Source: Histomonas meleagridis 2922-C6/04-290x (taxonomy: Eukaryota; Protista; Parabasalia). Taken from it: DNA of 64,000 bases. Location: NCBI GenBank assembly GCA_020184695.1, contig JAANOX010000276.1, forward strand, positions 62,001 to 126,000, given 5' to 3'. Shown here piece by piece: positions 1 through 11,562 of this stretch. How positions within the stretch are numbered: position 1 is the first letter of the stretch; the number at the start of each line of letters is the position of its first letter. The position numbers and the translations under genes are program-made. Below the pieces are notes generated by a model. The model made no database searches. It was not told where the DNA came from and saw only the letters and a program-made list of their open reading frames with translations.

Positions 1-189
1 TTTTGTTAGCTTTTCTCTTGGCACCAAAAAACGTTTTTATGTAAAGTAAAAAGTGACGTCATCATTTTTATCTGAAAAAAAAAATCGAAATTAAACCAAT
101 GTTAAATAGAATGAAAGAAAATTCATTTATTGCTGATGCCTATTAAAAAGATCTTTAAACTTTTATTCCCAATATTTAAACATATTACA

Positions 190-540
190 TTATTGAATTG
201 ATGGGGTACTATACTTCCATTCAAGGTTAAATGAATCTATATCAAAGTCATCAACACCTTCATCATTAGGTGGATTTTCTAATTCGTTTAAAGTTTGATC
301 AACAAGTTTGGCTTTTTCTTCAATTTCAGCGATACGCTTTTGTTTTGATTCTTCTTCATCTAACCTAACCACTTTCTTGATTTCAGTGGTTTCAACAATA
401 TCGTATGAATCATTATATTGATGATTATCATTTTTATGAATTTCTTGTTCACCGTAATTACCGTCATCTGAGTCATCTGAAATTCCAGCAAGTTCTTTAT
501 CCAATTCAGCCATTGCGGCATCAATATCTGAGTCTGCCAT
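190..540 (-). CDS. Small acidic hypothetical protein (116 aa)
   Basis: ATG-started ORF with D/E-rich coding-like composition, a short coiled-coil and a WKY motif near the C-terminus; no family recognised. Confidence 0.7.
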   Translation of the reverse strand: MADSDIDAAMAELDKELAGISDDSDDGNYGEQEIHKNDNHQYNDSYDIVETTEIKKVVRLDEEESKQKRIAEIEEKAKLVDQTLNELENPPNDEGVDDFDIDSFNLEWKYSTPSIQ

Positions 541-619
541 TACTTTGGTATCAATGTCATATCACATTTCAAAAAAAAATTTGAACGTTTAAACAAAAGC
601 ACTTTTCAAATTCTTATAA

Positions 620-2212
620 ACGTATTTTGCTTCGAAGCAACAATTTCCTAAAAACAGAAAGATAGACGCAAACCAACCAACCTATCTTTTTACCCAAATA
701 CAAAATAAAAGTGTTAATCACAAAACCCAGCGGATACTTTTTTTCCCAATCATTTTTGGAATCTTAATCCATTTTTTAGCAACATTATCATATCACAACA
801 CTGAAGTTCAGTGTTATCTGCATGCACATGATTTATGTTCAGTTAATTTAACAATAGTATATGACATACCAAATATTTCTTCATATTTAAAACATGAATC
901 TGAATATCATTTTTCTAACACTCCAAATTATGTTTACATCCGCGATACGCATGTCCCCGAAATGACATTTCTTGAAAGAGTAATTTTATCTAATTATCCA
1001 GATCGTGGATATATTCCACTTATAGCAGCAACTTACGCATATACTCTCCCTCAATATATTCTTTATATCAATGGATCCACTATAAGTGAATTTCCTTCTG
1101 ATGAATGGATTAACAATACATTATACAAAATGCAAAAAAATGATACACAAATTGCATTTGGTTGCCAAACAATGTATCATAACGAAAAAGTCGGATGCGG
1201 CTTAGCTATTATTCAAACTTCTGTTGTAAACGAACTTCTTTTTTACACAAATTCAAGTTCACAATCAATTCCACCACTTCTAGCATTATCTTTATACTCC
1301 AATATGCATCCAGATGAAATTCAAACCATATATGCACCATTTCAAGGAATCAAACCGAACATTAATTATAATTATGTTGATTCAACATATCAACCAATTC
1401 GTTCCCAAAGATGTCCACCACATAACGAAACATACAATGACACCTTTGCAATACTTTTACCACAATTTAAACGCGATTATATTTATAATTTTAGTAAAAA
1501 ATTCCAATTACAAAGTGTTCAACCCGAATTTTATTGTATTGTTCAATGTGAAAATCGAATTCATTATGACTTAACAACAATTCAAAACATATTACGACGA
1601 AAAGTATATCAAATATGGTGTTATAATTGGAGTCCATTATTTTATTTTCCTAATCATATCACATCTATTTTTCCTGTTGATTTTGTTATTCGATATGATG
1701 ATGATATGTATTCTAATAGCACAAACACACATTATGAAGTCATCAAAAAGTCCAAAAACGATGACGTTATTATCGGTAACGAATATTTTATTTTGAATAT
1801 AAATTTGTGCGGTTATGACGGCAAAATTAACTGCAAAGATTTTGACCATGTGACCTCACCTTATGTTTATCGTCCTTTTCATGCCAAGTTGAGTTGTAGG
1901 CTTAAACATTATACTTTCGCTGGTGGTGAAGATATTGGACTTTGCGTATCTTCAAATTTGTTATGTAATACAAAACATTCGGTTTATCCCTTTGATATAA
2001 TTGCATTTCATCAAGATAGAAAAGGACATATCGAAGATGAATCAATTAAAAGAGCATATATTGAGGAAAATATTAATGGAATTTTGTTGTTTAAAATTTA
2101 TTGTAATTATGTGGATGGCGGATATAAGCCAAAGTGTTATAATGGATACACAACGCCAATAAAGAAAAGAAAGAATTTGGTTCATGATCATTATAAAATG
2201 AATTTCATTTAA
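620..2212 (+). CDS. Glycosyltransferase-like type II membrane protein; first ATG at 962 but frame open from 620
   Basis: The ORF has a DxD-like motif (FVIRYDDDMY). Manual translation shows 114 further stop-free codons upstream (620-961), including a TM segment (ILFFPIIFGILIHFLATLSY, ~734-793). The start is uncertain. Confidence 0.6.
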   Translation, partial: TYFASKQQFPKNRKIDANQPTYLFTQIQNKSVNHKTQRILFFPIIFGILIHFLATLSYHNTEVQCYLHAHDLCSVNLTIVYDIPNISSYLKHESEYHFSNTPNYVYIRDTHVPEMTFLERVILSNYPDRGYIPLIAATYAYTLPQYILYINGSTISEFPSDEWINNTLYKMQKNDTQIAFGCQTMYHNEKVGCGLAIIQTSVVNELLFYTNSSSQSIPPLLALSLYSNMHPDEIQTIYAPFQGIKPNINYNYVDSTYQPIRSQRCPPHNETYNDTFAILLPQFKRDYIYNFSKKFQLQSVQPEFYCIVQCENRIHYDLTTIQNILRRKVYQIWCYNWSPLFYFPNHITSIFPVDFVIRYDDDMYSNSTNTHYEVIKKSKNDDVIIGNEYFILNINLCGYDGKINCKDFDHVTSPYVYRPFHAKLSCRLKHYTFAGGEDIGLCVSSNLLCNTKHSVYPFDIIAFHQDRKGHIEDESIKRAYIEENINGILLFKIYCNYVDGGYKPKCYNGYTTPIKKRKNLVHDHYKMNFI

Positions 2213-2697
2213 TGTAATAAAATATTTATTTGTTAATTGAATTTTTGTTTTATTTAACATGAAATAATGAAATTTTAATATCAAAATTTATTTGTTTGAT
2301 TAAGATTAAAAATAATTTATGCATTGCATCGAAATTTTGTAGTTCGGAATTTAATAAGGATAATATTAAATTTACAAATGGATTTTTACCAAATTAATTT
2401 AAAGAATATAATTTAGTAAGTCAATTATCTAGCTTTGAACAGCAGACACTTTCCCAGGACCAGCCAATAGAGCTAACACATTCCCCATTGCAAGACGACG
2501 CACTAATTAATTATTGAAATGGGTTGGTATCAATAAAAATAAGACAAAAAGTAATCCACGCATACAGTTTTTGCAAATTTTATTTTGATGATCCGTTTCA
2601 AGCTGCTGCACTCCAATTTTTAATAAATAGAAAAAATTTTTGGGACCATTTATTTTTTATTTTTCTTTTTCTTTTTTCCTATTAAAGGTCATCATCC

Positions 2698-5663
2698 TCA
2701 ATGATAAGGATTTTGATTTGCATACTCCATTATTTTATTTGCTTCTTCATTTGATATATTCATTCTTGGATCTTTAAATATGTATCTTCCTACATACTTT
2801 AATGAAATTGTACCTCTTGGACCCATATCAGCCATCTGAAAATCAGTCGAATGCACAGGCAAAAATGTGGCATTTGAAAAAAACCTTCTCTTGAAATAAT
2901 TACAAATTCTTTGCTTTTCTTTCTTGAATCCCAATTTATTTACTAGAATTACATGATACATTTTTTGTGATAACATTAGCACATTTAAATTATTTTGGTT
3001 TCGGGGACGTAATGTTAATTGCTGACCTTCAATGAGATCTTTTGGTTTATCACTACCACGTCTAAACAATCTCTCCATTAAATTTGATATTTGGATTCCA
3101 TCAAAGAAATGATTTTCTGTTTCATTGTTATTTGATTTAAATTCAATTCCAGTTAATGCTTGGAAAAGTAATTTTGAATTTTGATGTGGTTGTTCATAAT
3201 ATACCAATAAGGGATATCCTAATTTCTTTAAGCCACCAAAAAATCCAAAGAATGATGATTTAAAGAATGTACTTTCAGATTTTGTTATTAAATTATATTC
3301 CCATAAGTTGGTGTATAATGAGGTATCGATATCAACTTTAACATCTCGATTTGAAACATAATGTTTGTACACATAATTTACACTTAAGCCTGCAACTCCC
3401 AATAAAGCTAAAACACCAGTTCCTCCAAGAACTAATTTTCCAACAGTAGTTAATGCTGGTAAATAAGGAGTAATTAAATGAAAAATCTTTGAACCTAAAA
3501 AAGTAACTACCTCATGAGTAACTTTTCCAAGTTCTATTAATTTTTCAATTGATGATACATATACACCATGTTGAGCTAATACATCTAAACCTTCCAGGAA
3601 TGTTAGTGAATATATATAGGAAATTGATTTTATACCTCCAATCGCAACATTTTCCCCAGTTTCTCCAATTAAACCAACAATAGATGTTCCAATGTCTTGA
3701 ATATTTGATATATTTTCATCAGCATTTCTAATACAATCAATTACGTACTGACGAGCAAATTTGTTCCTTTTTAAAATTGAAAATGCATCCTTCAATATTT
3801 CATGAAAATATTGTTGATAATCGTTCGCAGAGATGTCATCTTCACCAATGACATAAGGTAAAACAACACAAATAACAATACCAATCGTTAAAGACAATTC
3901 TGAAAAAATTTGGCTAATGTTTTCTTGGTTAGCTTCTTTTAATTTATTGTTTATCAATGTGTTAAGATTAGCACAACATGTAGAACAATGTTTTGCCACT
4001 TCACTTGCATTACGTGGTAATATGTTGTTATCATGCGATTTGATTTCATTTCCAAAATCTACAAAAAAATTTTCAAATAACCCCACAGATAAAAGTGCTA
4101 AAGATTGAATCTGATCCTTTGGATGACATAATTTGTCATAACTGATAGATTTTAAGATATGGTATAATGAATAATAAACTGTAATATAAAATGTCACTGG
4201 ATGATTTATTGCATCTCCAATTGGTAAAAATTGAATAAATTCATTGAAATAATGTTCTGATGCAAGTGAATGTTCGTTCATCCAATCTCGTTTCAAATCT
4301 TCAAGTATTGAATTATATTTACTTAATGAATAATCCCCACTTAAATCCCTCATGTTATTATAATCTCGTACAAGAAATATAACTTTTGTCAATGATGAAG
4401 ATGAAAGTTGTGCTCTTCGAATTATTGTTAAAACAGGTTTAATGCTTTCTCCGATATCTTGGATTTTTGAAACAGTAATACAAATTGTTGAAATTGATGA
4501 GAATATTGCATGAATGCGATCAAGGTATCTTGCTCTTGCATCGATCGATCTTTCATCCCCAGTTCCTTGTGCATCAAATAATATTACACAAGTATTTTGA
4601 TTACTATTTGCTGCTTGAATACAAAAGTTTCGAATATCTTGAAATTGAACTGGAATTCTATTTATGAAATCAGAAACTCGGTAAATTCCATCTGCTAATA
4701 AACCTTTCGTTGTCGTATGTATTCCATTTCCGCTTGGAAATCCCATATTACCTGTAAGTGCTTGTAAATATGTTGATTTACCTGTTTGATATAATCCGAT
4801 AAGCATAATTAAAATAATTGGTACATCTCCAACTTGATTATACATTTCTTGAAGCTCATTTATTTTTATAGGTATTTGTGATCCACTATCAGGATTTGTA
4901 TTTTGTTCATTGATTAATTGATATGGGATATTAAAATAAGTTTTAGGCAATATTGATGAACATTTCAATTGTTGTTTATAACAATTAATGGTCTCTTGAT
5001 TTACAACAATATCATCATAACTTTGATTAATCATTTGGTAAACTGTTTCGAATGTTATGTTTGATCTATAATTAATACATATATCTATTAAGTCTCTAAA
5101 AACAAGATTTTGGGGAATTGTACCTGCATATGCATGACCTGAAAATAAATGAAACAAAATTCGCCCAAATGATTTAATATCGTTTTTTTTCATTTTTGTT
5201 GAATTTCTTTGGTTGGTTAAATGCGTAAATGTTGTTCCTGTTATGATTGGCCATTTATTGGAATCCAAATAAATATTTTCCATAATGAGATTGCAATGTG
5301 CATAATTATTTAAATGTAAATATTTCATCCCAGAAGCTACACCAATTGCAATTATAATTTTTTGAACAAGTGATAACGAAGAAAGTGTATTACCATTTAA
5401 TTTATTTTCGTAAAATGGCGTAATAAGAACTGAATGATGACTTGAATCCTGACAAAGGCCAACAGCTTTGATTGAGAAAGATTATTAAGAGCATTGAATG
5501 TGTTAAGAAGATTTCCTTCTGTTACATGTCCATTTGCTTTTTGCATTGAAACGATTTGACCTGTCGAATTAATCATTCCTTTATCGATTCCATTTCCAAT
5601 CCCTCTTCCAACAACAGTAAATGACTTCATTTCGACATGGCGATTTCGATTTGCACTCAACAT
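2698..5663 (-). pseudogene. Pseudokinase + GBP/atlastin-like GTPase fusion with one frameshift at ~5473
   Basis: ORF 5397-5663 carries a kinase N-lobe (GRGIGNG). Shifting frame at 5473/5472 continues IKAVGLCQDSSHHSVLITPFYEN...IAIGVASGMKYLH into ORF 2698-5328, which has a P-loop GLYQTGKS, TTKG and DAQG. Confidence 0.65.
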
Positions 5664-5856
5664 TGTTTTACGAAAAAATTTGTGAGATGAAATCAGCCAA
5701 TTGTTAACAATTGTGAATTCCTTTGAAAAATTGTATTAATCTTATGACATTTTGTCATAATATTTTTGACAGCGCTGACACGTATCTGGCAAATTCTAGA
5801 CTATTGAAAAAGTTGTGTTTATTTATCAGTTTTTGAAGCAAGTTCGTTTTTTCAGG

Positions 5857-6561
5857 ATGGACCAAGGAGAAGAAACAGAAGAGAATCATGAAATTAATGA
5901 AAAAATAAAAAACTTTCCTATACCCAGGTCAATGAAAACAAAAAACAAAGTTGAGCCAATAAAAGTTGAGTATAAATATAAACCTGAAGAATTTGATCCT
6001 GATCTTTTCCAATTGTTTTTTGGTCTTGTAAACTTTCATTTGCCTGCTTACGGACTCGAACAGACTCAACAATTTTCAATGGCTTTAAAAACAGTTGGAA
6101 CTGCTTTTGAACAAAGTGAATCAAATCTTCTTCAACTACATATTGCTCGACAATTCTTACTTGAATGCCATAACCAACTACTTGCTTTGACATCAAATCC
6201 AAAAATTTCAAAAATATCTGTTCTTCATAATGAATTATTTTTAGCTTCAGAATTCTTTCATTTACAAATGAAATTAGGCAAATTAATCGATTACTGTGAC
6301 ATGCTTATGGCAGAAACATGTGATATGTTTATATCTGTAATGACCAAAATTGCAAATGATTATTGGAAAAGTGGAAAAACAGCTGAAAAACTTATAAGCG
6401 AAGTATTGAAGAAAGAAATGGAAAAGATAAGAATCCTCAACAATGGAAGTTTCGAAATACTTTCAAAATGGGCTGTGAAATGTTCAATCGGAAGTGCGCC
6501 ACCAAATGATAAACAAAAAATTTTATATTGGGCGAAAGAAAACGAAATAAAATATGAATAA
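5857..6561 (+). CDS. Hypothetical protein (alpha-helical)
   Basis: Long ORF. The track start is GTG 5815; the first in-frame ATG is at 5857 (MDQGEE). Confidence 0.7.
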   Translation: MDQGEETEENHEINEKIKNFPIPRSMKTKNKVEPIKVEYKYKPEEFDPDLFQLFFGLVNFHLPAYGLEQTQQFSMALKTVGTAFEQSESNLLQLHIARQFLLECHNQLLALTSNPKISKISVLHNELFLASEFFHLQMKLGKLIDYCDMLMAETCDMFISVMTKIANDYWKSGKTAEKLISEVLKKEMEKIRILNNGSFEILSKWAVKCSIGSAPPNDKQKILYWAKENEIKYE

Positions 6562-6910
6562 AGTATCTCTAAAGTGTGACATAGTGTTCATTTTTAAATA
6601 TGAAACCCAATTTTTTAGAATAAAATTTATATTTCTCACATTTTGTGTATAATCTTCTGTTCACTTTCATATACACAAACAAAACTTCAAATTTTACTTG
6701 TAATGATTAAGAATTTTTCAAAGTTTGGAATAAATTAATTCATAATTAATCTCTTTTTATCAATTAAAATATGCTTTCGTATATACTTATATGTATTATT
6801 TCAACATTATCACTTGCAATTAATAAATTTTCAGACAAATTAAATTACAATTAGATAAAATAATTTATAAAGAAATAATTGCAAAAAAGAAATAACAAGG
6901 AATAAGCAGT

Positions 6911-7447
6911 TTAATGTTTTTTTCTTCGGTAATCAAAGCTTGGTGTAGAATCAACGTTGAAATCAGAAAAAGATTTAAAAATAGTATTTTCATTTTCTTG
7001 TGCATCTGTTTCATTTTCTGCTTTTATATGAATTCTGTCACGGTAGGTTTGCATCATTTCCCAAATTTGTTCAATTACTTGCACAGATGATTTTTCATTT
7101 TTTACTATACTTTTAGTACGATTACTCTTTGTCAACGTAGCAAGTTCCATTTCTAGTTCTTCTACTTTTCTTTGCTCATTTCTTAGTTGTCTTTGAAGAT
7201 CAATATATTTTGTTGTGAATTCTTTTTGTTCTTGTTGATATCTTTCACGTGCACTTAAGAAATGCTCTTTTAGTTTACATAGTTCTGAATTTTTTTGCTT
7301 CATTACAACATCTAACGAAACATTATCATTAGATGTTGATTGTTTAGCAATAGATATTGGACGATTCATTGATTGTTGACGCTTTAGCCCACTAAATTGG
7401 AATCTGCCAACACCACTGCTTGCTGCAAAAGAAGGCGAAATTTCCAT
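6911..7447 (-). CDS. Coiled-coil hypothetical protein
   Basis: Heptad-rich centre. Likely ATG at 7447 (MEISPSF), which avoids overlap with the divergent neighbour. Confidence 0.7.
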   Translation of the reverse strand: MEISPSFAASSGVGRFQFSGLKRQQSMNRPISIAKQSTSNDNVSLDVVMKQKNSELCKLKEHFLSARERYQQEQKEFTTKYIDLQRQLRNEQRKVEELEMELATLTKSNRTKSIVKNEKSSVQVIEQIWEMMQTYRDRIHIKAENETDAQENENTIFKSFSDFNVDSTPSFDYRRKKH

Positions 7448-7504
7448 TTGATGATGAGAAACATCAAAGCTTGTTATCACATCAAAGAAATCAAACAGAG
7501 TGAA

Positions 7505-9250
7505 ATGTCATGTGAAATTCATATGGGGAACAAAGAATTCTGTTTTTTTCGGGTAGAAAAGATCGAATTCCAAAATCCCATTGATACACCTGTTTATCTT
7601 TCAATCACAACAAATAAAGGAATCAATTTTTCTTCTCAAACAAAAGCAAAAAAATTTCAGGAAAATGTTATTGAATTTCAAGAAGAATTTTGTATTCCTT
7701 TTACATCAGATAAAAAATCATCACTTCAATATATAGATATTGATTTGAAAACTCAGGATAAAAAGAAAAACTTAAAAGAGAATTTGGGAAATTGGCGATT
7801 TGAAATAAAAAATATAAAGCATGAAGAAAATTATAAAGAACGACAAAGAGATGAAGAAATTGAGGATCAAAATTCGGTAACAATTTTTTACCGAATATCC
7901 ATTTTCCCGCAAACTTTTTTTGATCAAGAAACTCCTCCTGAAGACTTTTTGGAACTTTATAACACCAAAAAGTTCCAGAAAATTATTCAAAAAAATCGCA
8001 AAAAAATAATTAAATCAAAAGTGCCTCATTCAACAGAAAACATTGTCCTTGAGACAGAAATTAAAATGCCTAAAAGCCATGACTCACAAGAAGAAAACTC
8101 TAAAAAATTTTTGGATGAAGATATAAATGAGGTACCCTATAAACAATCTAAGAAATCCAAAGAAAAAGCACTTAAAGAGACAGAAACACCCAAACATAAG
8201 AAGCATCAAAGCGAAAAACCAAGTTCTGAAGCCTCAAAGCAAGGAAATCTCAAAACAAATTCGAGTCAATTATCAAAGAAAATCACTCCATCCAACTCAA
8301 GTGCAACCGCTTCTTCCATTATTGAAACCCAACGGAAGTGTGCTGAGTCTATTGCCTTATCCCAATTTCAAATTAAATTTAGCATAACTGTATTTCGTCT
8401 TATCTCTCATCCATCATCCATAGGCAATGATTTTTCCCAAGATTTGTTTCAGCCATTTCTTGATTTTGGCATATTTCAAAATTTTGATTTAAGTGAATCA
8501 CAATTTGAACAAATTATCTTTCCACTTATTCATTCCCTCATTTCTACTATGTCCAAGTCACATACTATCGAAGAGTTATTTACACTCCTTATCACGATCA
8601 TAAACTTCAGCCAAAGGATCGGCAAAGAAGCCGTTACGAAAACGACCGTTTACGTCGCGTCACTTCACCAACTCGAAATCATTGTAAACAAAATTATGTT
8701 CTTTTTAGTACAAAATTTAGCGTCTATTATAGCACCATCAGTTAATATGTATTCATTTACATATATTGATGAACTTTTAATCGATTCTGTTAAAGAAGAA
8801 ACAAATCATTTTTTAACAGTAGCAACAAATATGAAAATACCATTAACTATTAAGCAATCAATAATCACTGAAACATGTCGAACAATTGACTCTATGTTAT
8901 TTAATGTTGTCATCCAAAATGTAATGCCAATAGATTCTGAAATGATATGTTGTTTAATGCAAAAAATTAATGTAATGAAGAAACTGTTTCAGGTTGAAAT
9001 TGGTGATGACGCATTCGAATGGACAATGTACTTAATTAGGACAGTTGATGAATTAAATTCAGGCATCAAAAATTTTAGTGGAAATAACCCTTTTTTAAGG
9101 CTTATTGCAGAAAGGATCGAACCAAAAATAGTTTTGCCGAGTGGTATAACTTTGGAAATGTTGGGTCCATTAATTGATGACAAATCACAATTATGTTTAA
9201 CCAAATCAACAATCACTGAACAGTTTTCTTTTGATGATTTCTTTCAATAG
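7505..9250 (+). CDS. N-terminal C2-like domain + Dilute (DIL)-like domain protein
   Basis: Beta-rich N-terminus (FQEEFCIPF, LGNWRFEI), S/K-rich linker and helical C-terminus resembling DIL (CRTIDSMLFNVVI). Start at ATG 7505 or 7523. Confidence 0.7.
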   Translation: MSCEIHMGNKEFCFFRVEKIEFQNPIDTPVYLSITTNKGINFSSQTKAKKFQENVIEFQEEFCIPFTSDKKSSLQYIDIDLKTQDKKKNLKENLGNWRFEIKNIKHEENYKERQRDEEIEDQNSVTIFYRISIFPQTFFDQETPPEDFLELYNTKKFQKIIQKNRKKIIKSKVPHSTENIVLETEIKMPKSHDSQEENSKKFLDEDINEVPYKQSKKSKEKALKETETPKHKKHQSEKPSSEASKQGNLKTNSSQLSKKITPSNSSATASSIIETQRKCAESIALSQFQIKFSITVFRLISHPSSIGNDFSQDLFQPFLDFGIFQNFDLSESQFEQIIFPLIHSLISTMSKSHTIEELFTLLITIINFSQRIGKEAVTKTTVYVASLHQLEIIVNKIMFFLVQNLASIIAPSVNMYSFTYIDELLIDSVKEETNHFLTVATNMKIPLTIKQSIITETCRTIDSMLFNVVIQNVMPIDSEMICCLMQKINVMKKLFQVEIGDDAFEWTMYLIRTVDELNSGIKNFSGNNPFLRLIAERIEPKIVLPSGITLEMLGPLIDDKSQLCLTKSTITEQFSFDDFFQ

Positions 9251-9922
9251 AACATAATTAATAGAATGTTTTCTGAATAAAAGTTATATTTATAAATTTT
9301 TTCTAAAAAAATATTTGTTTTATTCGAAGTGGAGCCAAGAAGAATGTAATTGGTATCAATTTATTATAAATATTTACTGAATATATATTGATGAAAAATA
9401 AATTGACATTTATTGATATTTTTTGAAGAGCATTTCATAATAAATATAAGAAGCCCCTTTCATTTTGCATTATTTAGGGAGATTTATAATAAATAAGAAT
9501 AATTTTTCATCATTGCGAATTCGTTTCAAAAACTGACTTTGAGAAGCTTCTAGGAGCTTTTAGGCTCAGAATTTTCTGTCACTGTAAACAATATTTTGTG
9601 CAGAATTGAATCATCTGAAAAATTGAGCGTTTATTTGCGGTATCATCGTTTTAGATTGAGAGTATCGAAATCTTATCATTGAAAAGGTGAATTTACAACC
9701 ATTTAAATCAGTTTTAAATGCCAAACTTTTTAGTCAAAAAAATGATTTCACTTTTCGTTATTTGAAGTCAAACGTCAAAAAACCGCCTAATTGATTCCAT
9801 GGTTTTGTCGTTTTTAAGGTATTTTATGCATAATTCGGTCTTAAAAAGCAATGTGAATAACTTAAAATGTATTTTTATTTAATATTGGAAGGATTAAGCC
9901 AACCACCAAGTCCGAAATCTCA

Positions 9923-10639
9923 TTAGGCATTGGAGAATACTTCAAAATTCCGAGGTCGATTTAATAATGTATCGATTGAAATAAACTCACAAGGATCTAA
10001 TGAGTGTGGTTTTGGCTTTGCTAATTCATAATATTCTTTAACCATGGATATTTCACCAGGTATTACATAGCTCTTGTGAACTACGCCAATTGACTCAAGA
10101 ATATAAGCAATTTGATAAAGCTTGCAAACAGTTGTCTTGTATCTCCCATTATTTCTTGAAAGAAAAGTCCCCATTTTCTTAACATCCATTGTATCTGTTT
10201 TGTTTGCATAAAAAAGCATTACAAAGGAAACAGTTAATGAAGATATTGAGATGCATTTTTCGTCAGGAAATAGATTTACATTCTTTTCTACCAACTCTTT
10301 TAGGTCGGCGAAGGTCTTTTTGATGTTAGAAATCCCTAGCCAGTTTATGCAATCGACGCTAGGCTTTTTGCAGCAGCCAACAGCTTCAAGAACATTAATC
10401 AAATCATAAAATCTTCTTCTTTGGAAATTAAATTTTTCACATATTGCAGATATTGGATAAATTTTGAACTGGTGTGATTCCGCGTAGTTTATGAAGGATT
10501 GGATATTCATTCTGAATGAATCGGTTGTCTTTATTTCTGGTGGCTTATTTAAAATGCTTTCTCGTTTCACCAATTTTGCAGGCTCAATTTGTAAGGGGAT
10601 ATTTGGGGAAAAAAATTGGGGATTGACTGTGCCGAGCAT
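9923..10639 (-). CDS. E2F/DP-family winged-helix transcription factor with two DNA-binding repeats
   Basis: QRRRFYDLINVLEAVG matches the E2F RRxYD motif; second degenerate copy VCKLYQIAYILESIG. First in-frame ATG at 10639. Confidence 0.85.
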   Translation of the reverse strand: MLGTVNPQFFSPNIPLQIEPAKLVKRESILNKPPEIKTTDSFRMNIQSFINYAESHQFKIYPISAICEKFNFQRRRFYDLINVLEAVGCCKKPSVDCINWLGISNIKKTFADLKELVEKNVNLFPDEKCISISSLTVSFVMLFYANKTDTMDVKKMGTFLSRNNGRYKTTVCKLYQIAYILESIGVVHKSYVIPGEISMVKEYYELAKPKPHSLDPCEFISIDTLLNRPRNFEVFSNA

Positions 10640-11432
10640 ATAAAATGAAGTCACTAATTTGAATGGATGAATGGGAAACCACTGAAAAAGCTGACATTGG
10701 CCACATGTTTGAATGATGGATAACCGAATTTTTACTATGGCTTGTTATGGTCAAAAATTTATATCGACTTCAAAATCAATTGACATGCGATCGGGATTAC
10801 GCAATTTATCGCGTAAACAACACAAATTTCTTAACAAATTAAAAAATTCTGTGTTTAAAAACATCGGCACCATAAACAACGAAACAACCACCTGAATTTA
10901 TCCAAAAACTGTGGATAAAACTAACTCCTCAACTCAATGAAATAAAAGCTAAAATGCATTGATTTCTTAGTGCCCACACAAACAAGTATTTAAAGTTCAA
11001 TCTATCATAATATGAATAATACAAAAATTGAATATTTACATCTTCTCGATGTTTCAAGTTGTACCCTGAACCAATGAAATTCTGAAGTAATTCCGTTCCA
11101 ATCAATATTAATAGAAAAATATCCTTATCATAAAAAAACTATAAGCATTCTTTATATTCGAACGTAATGTTACAGGCGTTGAACGGGAAATGTATAGTTA
11201 AATTGTTCTGGTTGTATGCATGGTTTTGGTAAATAAAAATTCCGACAATAAAAAATTATTGCTTCTTGTTTGTAATAAAATGCTACACAAGTGTTACCCA
11301 CTGTATGTCGAATTTCAAGAGGTAATAAATTTTAGTATTTTGGTGTTAATACTTTTGTGATAATGAAAAAATTTGCTCATTGATGAAGCTCATCATCATT
11401 GGGGTGCCCGAAAGACGGTTCAGTTCAAAATC

Positions 11433-11440
11433 AACGGTTT
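11433..11440 (+). promoter_or_regulatory. M3 (Myb-type) core promoter element upstream of the snoRNA host transcript
   Basis: AACGGTTT matches the trichomonad M3 consensus DRCSGTTD and lies ~30 nt upstream of the 5' splice site. Confidence 0.5.
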
Positions 11441-11470
11441 GGCCATCCATTTCTCAAAAAAGAAAGAAGT

Positions 11471-11562
11471 GTATGTTTTCCCCTGATGAGACAGTACGGA
11501 CCTGTTCTGATTATAGATGATTCGTGCTTGTCTGATGGAAGTATCGACATTCTAACACATAG
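11471..11562 (+). other. Spliceosomal intron (92 nt, trichomonad type A) in an apparently non-coding transcript
   Basis: 5' splice site GTATGT at 11471 and fused branch/3' splice site TCTAACACATAG at 11551-11562 (consensus ACTAACACACAG). Confidence 0.8.
11478..11540 (+). ncRNA. Box C/D snoRNA, snR56/U25-like (predicted SSU rRNA 2'-O-methylation guide)
   Basis: C box CTGATGA 11483-89, D' CTGA 11507-10, C'-like ATGATTC 11517-23, D CTGA 11532-35, terminal stem TTCC/GGAA. The D' guide ACGGACCTGTT is antisense to the conserved SSU motif AACAGGUCYGU. Confidence 0.85.

Noticed and set aside
622-657. Intron-like GTATTT...CCTAAAAACAG (36 nt)
   Set aside because: The branch motif is imperfect (CTAAAA), and removal would not supply the missing ATG.
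2345-2640. Moderately GC-rich stretch with a ~100-codon + frame broken by two stops; GGGAAAGT on the minus strand resembles RNase P/MRP CR-I
   Set aside because: No matching CR-V or other ncRNA motif; most likely an unidentifiable gene relic.
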